From: an uncultured Verrucomicrobiota bacterium
GTDB taxonomy: Bacteria > Verrucomicrobiota > Kiritimatiellia > CAYTQP01 > CAYXEW01
Direction of reading: 5' to 3'
Assembly: GCA_964464115.1 (NCBI GenBank)
Contig: CAYXEW010000005.1
Coordinates: forward strand, 1-51,306
DNA length: 51,306 nt
This document shows positions 45,140 to 51,306 of the stretch, in pieces (the first letter of the stretch is position 1; each line of letters starts with the position of its first letter). The position numbers and the translations under genes are program-made. A model generated the notes under the pieces. It ran no database searches. It had not been told where the DNA came from and saw nothing but the letters and a program-made list of their open reading frames with translations.

Positions 45140-48100
45140 ATGAACAACCAGGAAGTCAAAATTATCGACGGCAACGAGGCAACTGCATACATTGCCCACA
45201 AGACAAATGAAGTATGCGCAATTTACCCGATTACACCGTCTTCCAATATGGGGGAATGGGCGGATCAGTGGTCATCCGAAGGTAAAACCAATATCTGGGG
45301 AACGATTCCGGATGTGGTTGAACTGCAGAGTGAGGGCGGGGCCAGTGGAGCCGTCCACGGAGCCCTGCAGGCCGGATCCCTTACCTCCACCTTTACAGCT
45401 TCACAGGGCCTCCTGCTGATGATCCCCAACATGTACAAGATCGCCGGCGAATTGACATCTACCGTTTTTCACGTTTCAGCCCGTTCTGTCGCCTGTCAGG
45501 CCTTGTCTATTTTCGGTGATCACTCCGATGTGATGGCGACCCGAAGCACCGGCTGGGCTATGCTCGCCTCGAGCTCTGTGCAGGAATCGATGGATAATGC
45601 TCTGATTGCCCAGGTGGCTACACTGGAATCACGCATTCCATTTTTGCATTTCTTTGACGGTTTTCGCACATCTCACGAAGTGTGCAAAATTAATATCATC
45701 CCTGATGACGTCATCAAGGCAATGATCGACGATGAACTGGTGATCGCCCATCGCGTCCGCGGTATGACACCTGAAAAACCAATTATTCGCGGTACGGCGC
45801 AGAATCCGGACGTTTTCTTCCAGGCCCGTGAAACGGTTAACAAGTTCTACGAGGCTACCCCGGAAATTGTTCAGAAAGCCATGGATAAATTTGCCAAACT
45901 GAGCGGCCGCCAGTACAAGCTGTTTGACTACTACGGTGCTGAAGACGCGGATCGTATTATTGTGCTGATGGGCTCGGGTGCCGAGACGGCCATAGAGGCG
46001 GTAAACCACATGGTAGCGCAGGGTGAAAAAGTGGGCATGGTTCAGATTCACCTGTACCGTCCATTTTCCATGAAGCACTTGATGGGGGCCATTCCCGCCA
46101 CCTGCAAGAAAATTTCCGTTCTTGATCGCACTAAAGAGCCGGGTTGCGAAGGTGAGCCTCTATATAAGGACGTGGTCACAGCTGTTAGCGAAGCACAGTC
46201 CGTCGGCCTTCTACCCATGCAGGAAAAGCCGGTTATCGTCGGTGGTCGTTATGGTCTTTCTTCCAAGGAATTCACACCAGCTATGATCAAAGGTGTGTTT
46301 GATGACCTGAATAAGGAAAAACCCATGAATAATTTCGTGGTGGGTATTCATGACGATGTTTCAAACCGCAGTATTGCATATGACCCATCCTACATCACCG
46401 AGCCCGACAGTGTCTTTCGCGGCATGTTCTTCGGCCTGGGTGCGGACGGCACCGTGGGCGCCAATAAAAATTCGATTAAGATTATCGGGCAAGAAACGGA
46501 TAACTATGCACAGGGATACTTTGTGTATGACTCCAAAAAAGCCGGTTCTCGGACCGTCTCTCACCTGCGATTTGGACCGAACCCGATTCATTCAACCTAT
46601 CTGATTCAGTCTGCCAACTTTGTGGCCTGCCATCAGTTTGTATTCCTGCAGCAGACCGATGTGCTGAAAAATGCGGCCGAAGGTGCCGTCTTCCTTCTGA
46701 ACAGCACGTACGATAAAGACCAAGTCTGGGACAAGTTGCCCAAAAAGGTGCAGCAGCAGATGATTGACAAAAAATTGAAATTCTATGTGATTGACGCCTA
46801 CAAAGTAGCCGGTGAAACCGGCATGGGGTCCCGCGTGAATACCATCATGCAGACCTGTTTCTTCGCTATCTCGGGCATTTTACCCAAGGATGAAGCCATA
46901 GCGAAAATCAAAGGGGCCATCAAAAAGACCTATGGCCTCAAAGGTGAGGAAATCGTCAATAAGAATTTCAACGCGGTCGATCAGTCGCTGGCCAACCTGC
47001 ATGAGGTGGAAGTGCCGGACCAAGTGACCAGCCAGATTGAAATGCCGCCGATTGTCGCCAACGAGGCTCCGGAATTTGTGAAATCGGTGACAGCCGAAAT
47101 TATGGCCGGCCGCGGTGACGACCTGCCCGTGAGCGCCTTCCCCAATGACGGTACATATCCGACGGCAACGACCCAGTGGGAAAAACGCAATATATCATTG
47201 CAGGTACCTGTTTGGGAAGAAGATCTGTGTATCCAGTGCGGCAACTGCAGCCTCGTTTGTCCGCACAGTGTTATCCGCGCCAAGATCTGTCATAAGGATG
47301 CTTTGAAAGATGCTCCCGAAAGCTTTAAAGCGATCGAGCTTAAAGGCAAAGATATTCCTGAGGGTACGATGTATGTCCTGCAATCGTCCGTGGAAGACTG
47401 CACCGGTTGTGGTCTCTGCGTCGAAGCCTGTCCGAAAAAGAGTAAATCAGAAGTCGGTAAAAAAGCCATAAATATGGGTGCCAAAGAGCCCATTCTTGAG
47501 GAAGAGCGCAAGAATTGGGCGTTCTTCCAGTCGCTTCCTGATGTGGACCGGACGACGCTGAAAATGGACTCTGTCAAAGATATCCAGTACACGCGTCCGC
47601 TATTTGAGTTCTCCGGGGCCTGTACGGGTTGTGGTGAAACACCTTATGTCAAGTTGCTGAGCCAGATGTTCGGCGACCGCGCTCTGATTGCCAATGCTAC
47701 GGGTTGCTCGTCCATCTATGGCGGCAATCTGCCGACGACCCCCTGGTCGCAGGATGCCAATGGCCGCGGGCCGACGTGGTCTAACTCACTCTTCGAAGAC
47801 AATGCTGAATTTGGGTTTGGCTTCCGTTTGACAATCGACAAGCAGCGCGAGTTTGCGTGCGAACTGATGTTGAAGATGAAAGCTGAACTCGGAGTTGATC
47901 TGGTGGACGCCCTGATAAACGCCGATCAGAATACAGAGGCCGGGATCGCTGAACAGCGCGCCCGCATCGATCAGCTCAAGACGAAGCTGGCGGGAATGAA
48001 AACGATGGAAGCCCGTCACTTGGAATCCATCTGCAATCAATTAGTAAAACGGAGTGTATGGCTGCTGGGTGGCGATGGATGGGCCTATGACATCGGTTAT

Positions 48101-48688
48101 GGAGGCCTCGATCACGTACTGGCTTCAGGACGGAACGTGAACACGCTCGTACTGGACACCGAAGTGTATTCCAACACGGGTGGACAGGCGTCCAAATCAA
48201 CCCCGCGCGGTGCGGTGGCCAAGTTTGCTGCAGGCGGTAAGCCGGCCGGCAAGAAGGACCTCGGTATGATGGCGATGTGTTATGGCAATATCTACGTTGC
48301 CCGCGTTGCCCTGGGTTCGAATCCGCGCCAGACGCTTAAAGCCTTTCAGGAAGCGGAGGCCTATGACGGGCCCTCTCTCATTCTGGCTTACTCGCATTGT
48401 ATTGCGCACGGTATCAACATGCAGAAGGGCCTCGACCAGCAGAAAAAAGCGGTCGACAGTGGTCACTGGATGCTTTACCGCTATAATCCCAACCTCGAGG
48501 AAAAGGGCGAAAACCCGTTGCAGATCGATTCAAAGCCCCCGTCCATTTCAATGGAGGATTATGCCTACAGCGAAATCCGTTACAAGATGCTTACGCTGAG
48601 CAAGCCCGAAGAAGCGGCGAAATTGATGGAGCTTGCAAAAGCCGATACACGGAAGCGCTGGGATCTCTACCAGAAGTGGGCAGGCTGA
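45140..48688 (+). CDS. nifJ: Pyruvate:ferredoxin (flavodoxin) oxidoreductase, single-polypeptide type
   Basis: 1182 aa. IDGNEATAYIAHK..AIYPITPSS, the ferredoxin-like insert CIQCGNCSLVCPH / CTGCGLCVEACP, and the TPP motif GGDGWAYDIGYGGLDH. GGAGAG lies upstream of the ATG. Confidence 0.97.
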   Translation: MNNQEVKIIDGNEATAYIAHKTNEVCAIYPITPSSNMGEWADQWSSEGKTNIWGTIPDVVELQSEGGASGAVHGALQAGSLTSTFTASQGLLLMIPNMYKIAGELTSTVFHVSARSVACQALSIFGDHSDVMATRSTGWAMLASSSVQESMDNALIAQVATLESRIPFLHFFDGFRTSHEVCKINIIPDDVIKAMIDDELVIAHRVRGMTPEKPIIRGTAQNPDVFFQARETVNKFYEATPEIVQKAMDKFAKLSGRQYKLFDYYGAEDADRIIVLMGSGAETAIEAVNHMVAQGEKVGMVQIHLYRPFSMKHLMGAIPATCKKISVLDRTKEPGCEGEPLYKDVVTAVSEAQSVGLLPMQEKPVIVGGRYGLSSKEFTPAMIKGVFDDLNKEKPMNNFVVGIHDDVSNRSIAYDPSYITEPDSVFRGMFFGLGADGTVGANKNSIKIIGQETDNYAQGYFVYDSKKAGSRTVSHLRFGPNPIHSTYLIQSANFVACHQFVFLQQTDVLKNAAEGAVFLLNSTYDKDQVWDKLPKKVQQQMIDKKLKFYVIDAYKVAGETGMGSRVNTIMQTCFFAISGILPKDEAIAKIKGAIKKTYGLKGEEIVNKNFNAVDQSLANLHEVEVPDQVTSQIEMPPIVANEAPEFVKSVTAEIMAGRGDDLPVSAFPNDGTYPTATTQWEKRNISLQVPVWEEDLCIQCGNCSLVCPHSVIRAKICHKDALKDAPESFKAIELKGKDIPEGTMYVLQSSVEDCTGCGLCVEACPKKSKSEVGKKAINMGAKEPILEEERKNWAFFQSLPDVDRTTLKMDSVKDIQYTRPLFEFSGACTGCGETPYVKLLSQMFGDRALIANATGCSSIYGGNLPTTPWSQDANGRGPTWSNSLFEDNAEFGFGFRLTIDKQREFACELMLKMKAELGVDLVDALINADQNTEAGIAEQRARIDQLKTKLAGMKTMEARHLESICNQLVKRSVWLLGGDGWAYDIGYGGLDHVLASGRNVNTLVLDTEVYSNTGGQASKSTPRGAVAKFAAGGKPAGKKDLGMMAMCYGNIYVARVALGSNPRQTLKAFQEAEAYDGPSLILAYSHCIAHGINMQKGLDQQKKAVDSGHWMLYRYNPNLEEKGENPLQIDSKPPSISMEDYAYSEIRYKMLTLSKPEEAAKLMELAKADTRKRWDLYQKWAG

Positions 48689-48767
48689 GCGAATCGTGAA
48701 TCAATACAATATACGTGATAAGTCTTTACTGAAAGTGTACAGGAAAATACGAAAGGAAAAATAAACC

Positions 48768-49775
48768 ATGGATCTTCGCACCAACTACATGGGATTAGAG
48801 TTAAAAAATCCGCTGGTGCCCTCCGCATCTCCCCTCTCTCAGCATGTCGATGACATTAAGAAGATGGAAGATGCCGGGGCTTCAGCCGTTGTTATGTTCT
48901 CTATTTTTGAGGAACAAGTTCGCCACGAAGAAGAACAACTGAATTACCAGTTGGATGCCGGCACAGAAAGTTTTGCCGAGTCGACGTCGTACTTCCCTGA
49001 TCTCGGAGAATATAACGTAGGCCCCGAACAGTATATTGAGCTCGTTCGGAATGCCGTTCAAGCGGTGGATATCCCGATTATCGGCAGTTTGAATGGAATT
49101 TCCAATACCGGGTGGATCGACTATGCCAAACGCCTGGAAGAGGCCGGCGTCAAAGGTATTGAGCTCAACGTCTATTACATTCCGACAGCGCTGGATCTCG
49201 ATGCGGCCGCTGTTGAAGGCATGTACCTGGATGTGCTCAAAGCGGTCAAACAGGCCGTCAGTGTACCGGTGGCCATCAAGCTTAACCCATTCTTCAATGC
49301 CATGGCAAACACGGCAAAAAAACTTGATGATGCCGGCGCGGACGCTCTGGTGATGTTCAATCGTTTTTATCAGCCGGATATCGATCTTGATAAAATGGAA
49401 GTGGAAGCCGGGTTGAAGTTGAGTACGGCTGATGAAATGCGCCTGCCTTTACGGTGGATTGCCATTCTCTGCGGTAATCTCAATGCGTCCATTGCCGCGA
49501 CAACAGGTGTTCACACGGGCATGGATATTGCCAAATACCTGCTGGCCGGTTCTGATGCAGTGATGACCACATCAGCACTGCTGAAAAACGGTATTGGTCA
49601 CATTGAGACGATGCTTAATGAATTGACGAAATGGATGGAGTCCAAAGAATATGGATCTGTTGCCGAAATGAAGGGGGCCATGAGTCAGAAGTCAGTGGCC
49701 GATCCGGCCGCTTTTGAACGCGCCAACTACATCAAGGCATTGGAAGATTACAAAAGTAAATACGTAAGCGCATAA
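48768..49775 (+). CDS. Dihydroorotate dehydrogenase-like TIM-barrel flavoprotein (non-canonical)
   Basis: It has a class-1 DHOD-like layout (GLELKNPLVPSASP.., GIELN.., AIKLNPF, ATTGVHTG). The canonical catalytic loop N-x-S-C-P-N is replaced by ELNVYYIPT. Confidence 0.85.
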   Translation: MDLRTNYMGLELKNPLVPSASPLSQHVDDIKKMEDAGASAVVMFSIFEEQVRHEEEQLNYQLDAGTESFAESTSYFPDLGEYNVGPEQYIELVRNAVQAVDIPIIGSLNGISNTGWIDYAKRLEEAGVKGIELNVYYIPTALDLDAAAVEGMYLDVLKAVKQAVSVPVAIKLNPFFNAMANTAKKLDDAGADALVMFNRFYQPDIDLDKMEVEAGLKLSTADEMRLPLRWIAILCGNLNASIAATTGVHTGMDIAKYLLAGSDAVMTTSALLKNGIGHIETMLNELTKWMESKEYGSVAEMKGAMSQKSVADPAAFERANYIKALEDYKSKYVSA

Positions 49776-49799
49776 CCGAAAATAAGAGGAGAGAAAAAA

Positions 49800-49988
49800 A
49801 TGAAAGTTAAAATTGATGCCGATTCCTGCACAGGTTGCGAACTGTGTGTAGATACATGTCCTGAAGTATTCGAAATGGCTGATGACGTGGCTGTTGCTAA
49901 AGCAGCTGAAGTCCCGGCTGATGTAGAAGAATCTGCCCGCGAAGCAGCTGAAAGCTGCCCGGTCGAATGCATTGAAATAGAAGATTAA
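49800..49988 (+). CDS. Small single-cluster ferredoxin
   Basis: 62 aa with CTGCELCVDTCP plus a distal CPVECI. It starts 24 nt after the DHOD-like gene, with GAGGAG upstream. Confidence 0.9.
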   Translation: MKVKIDADSCTGCELCVDTCPEVFEMADDVAVAKAAEVPADVEESAREAAESCPVECIEIED

Positions 49989-50015
49989 AAGGAAACCCCT
50001 TTTTTTCATGAAAAG

Positions 50016-50041
50016 CGCGGTCAAGTGACCGCGTTTTTTTT
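50016..50041 (+). terminator. Rho-independent terminator of the PFOR/DHOD-like/ferredoxin operon
   Basis: CGCGGTC (50016-50022), loop AAGT, GACCGCG (50027-50033), followed by eight T (50034-50041). An A-run precedes the stem. Confidence 0.8.
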
Positions 50042-50147
50042 GGTTCCCGTTAGATTCAGGGGGGCAGGTCCTTACTGACAGCCTTTCGTGAATCTTTTTT
50101 TTGACGTAAAACCATTACCGCTCGAAAACCAACGGGTAAAATTTAAA

Positions 50148-50234
50148 ATTGTAGGGCTGGAACGGTCGCAGACCTTCCAGCCGCACCTCCATCGACAACG
50201 GCGCGAAGGCTTGCAGCCATTGGTGCCCTACAAT
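50148..50234. repeat. Nested palindromic element in a non-coding region
   Basis: A 10-bp perfect inverted repeat ATTGTAGGGC (50148-50157) / GCCCTACAAT (50225-50234) encloses a strong hairpin GGCTGGAA-C-GGTC-GCA-GACC-TTCCAGCC (50155-50182). Confidence 0.45.
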
Positions 50235-50461
50235 GCGATCCACCATTTTGTAGCGTCCGGCGAATTACCAGAAGAGCGGGAATATATGCCGGCAAAAAGC
50301 GCGAAGGGGGGTGAAATGTTTTCTTGTGTTTAGCGGGGGGACCTCTTCGGCCAATTCTCAACACCATTTCCAAGCTGGGACAATCCGCACCGTCCCAGCA
50401 TCAGTATTGATGACTTCTTCCTGTCGTTATGGCGTTTTTTATGAATAATACAGGTTACAGA

Positions 50462-50623
50462 ATGAAAAGATCCCAAAACCCCGAAAAAATTTGTCCGGTA
50501 TGCGGCCGGCCGTTTGTATGGCGGCGCAAGTGGAAACTAAACTGGCAGAACGTTATTTATTGCAGTGAACGATGCAGGAGAACCCGAAAGACTCCGGCCT
50601 CGTCTGGTTCACAACAAACCTGA
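50462..50623 (+). CDS. DUF2256 zinc-ribbon protein
   Basis: KICPVCGRPFVWRRKWKLNWQNVIYCSERCR matches the DUF2256 signature as I recall it. The start is probably ATG 50462 (MKRSQNPEK); the track ORF opens at 50429. Confidence 0.7.
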   Translation: MKRSQNPEKICPVCGRPFVWRRKWKLNWQNVIYCSERCRRTRKTPASSGSQQT

Positions 50624-50808
50624 GAGTGAACGACAAGATGGCGCTTTTTCGCGCGGTGCAGGATCATCATCGGATTGCCGCGGTGGTTTGTTTTGACCCT
50701 CACCGCCCACGGAGTAACTTAATTTTTCATTTTACGGGAGAGCCCGCGGCCTCGCGGGCAAGTTCTGTGTGCGGACGCCGGCCCCCAGTATCTCAATGCT
50801 ATAAATGA
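50572..50808 (+). pseudogene. Truncated cryptochrome/photolyase-family gene (N-terminal ~45 codons only)
   Basis: GLVWFTTNLRVNDKMALFRAVQDHHRIAAVVCFDP is the typical photolyase N-terminal motif (VWFRxDLRxxDNxAL...DP). After about 50705 the frame carries no photolyase-like sequence and runs into repeats. Confidence 0.55.
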
Positions 50809-51061
50809 CCCACGGATAGCAGGGCCGACCCACGGATGGGGAAAGGGCTTCTCATCCCGCTCAATATTTGTTTGGAGTGCGGCAATCTGAATTGCCGCTT
50901 TAGGGGGAGCGGAGCGATGGGACCCAGTATTTCAATGCGATAAATGACCCACGGATGGCAAGGCCGTCCCACGGATGGAGGAAGGGCTCGTCACCGCACT
51001 TGTTTGTTTGGAGTGCGGCAATCTGAATTGCCGCTTTGGGGGAGCAGAGCGACGGAGAAAA
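50784..51061. repeat. Two-copy tandem repeat (~139 bp unit)
   Basis: Copy 1 starts at 50784 (CCCAGTATCTCAATGC..) and copy 2 at 50923 (CCCAGTATTTCAATGC..). Each holds two CCCACGGAT 9-mers 20 nt apart (50809, 50829; 50948, 50968). Each also holds a perfect hairpin GCGGCAAT-CTGA-ATTGCCGC (50879-50898; 51015-51034). Confidence 0.85.
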
Positions 51062-51306
51062 TGGAAAAAGGGCTTACCCCGTTTCCTTTTCTGATTTTCT
51101 TGCTGGCGGCATGGTCTACAAGACGGTCTTTGCGCGGATTAAGTATTTGAAGAAGAGGATGAGCAAGGATGCATCGCTGAGGAATGTTTATGAACAATGC
51201 AAGAGCTGTTTATCGATTATCGAGACGTGAGCCCTATTATATATTGTTGCATTGGTAACAGTTTAGCTGGTATTGACATTGGTTTGCTCAATTAATTTCA
51301 CATTGT

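Noticed and set aside
50088-50373. 81-aa (+) and 76-aa (-) ORFs in the gap after the ferredoxin terminator
   Set aside because: Both span the nested palindromes. Their sequences look like translated repeat DNA (for example ..RSATVPALQF), and they have no RBS or family resemblance.
50784-51061. Possible CRISPR array
   Set aside because: There are only two directly abutting ~139-bp units with no spacers, the unit is far longer than CRISPR repeats, and no cas genes are present.
1-51306. Scan for tRNA/rRNA genes, defence systems (Cas, RM, retron/DGR reverse transcriptase, toxin-antitoxin pairs), prophage or integrase genes
   Set aside because: I could recognise none by eye. The only mobile or toxin-like sequences are the short remnants at 65-1651. 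A tRNAscan, Infernal and defence-finder run would be needed to exclude small or divergent elements.

Overview
Dense chromosomal window from a moderately GC-rich Gram-negative bacterium with about 40 credible genes. I saw no rRNA, tRNA, CRISPR array, Cas, reverse transcriptase or intact IS. The gene content suggests an anaerobic heterotroph, tentatively of the PVC superphylum; this is inference only. The supporting content is pyruvate:ferredoxin oxidoreductase plus ferredoxin, prepilin-type and TPR/secreted repeat proteins, a long-form SHMT, and a RayT-like transposase tail with REP-like palindromes. Housekeeping genes: rph, thrC, serA, glyA, pyrC, a 6-phosphofructokinase, ADP-heptose genes (rfaE2-like, hldD), a pterin carbinolamine dehydratase and PFOR. 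Unusual content: (i) a six-gene Tol/Ton-like operon at 22.55-29.11 kb (two secreted TPR proteins, ExbB, two ExbD, and a protein with a TonB-like SxxxH anchor fused to a vWA-like domain where tonB/tolA is expected). (ii) A 1729-aa secreted S8 protease carrying a P-domain plus the LTD modules typical of ExeM/NucH nucleases. (iii) A 959-aa secreted protein with 13 G-x-D-x-Y repeats and a HEAT-repeat tail. (iv) A complete sucrose module (HAD phosphatase, fructokinase, sucrose-phosphate synthase, sucrose synthase). (v) An ABC exporter with an extra N-terminal domain plus a DUF1854 partner. (vi) An EIIA(Ntr)-CBS fusion upstream of an ion-transporter-superfamily permease. (vii) An FHA membrane protein paired with an orphan pseudopilin. 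(viii) PFOR, a DHOD-like protein lacking the catalytic Cys motif, and a ferredoxin. Both window ends are decayed: transposase and toxin remnants with REP-like palindromes at the 5' end, and a truncated photolyase followed by a 2 x ~139-bp tandem repeat at the 3' end. My best candidate for an undescribed system is (i). All functional calls come from reading motifs by eye; no searches were run.
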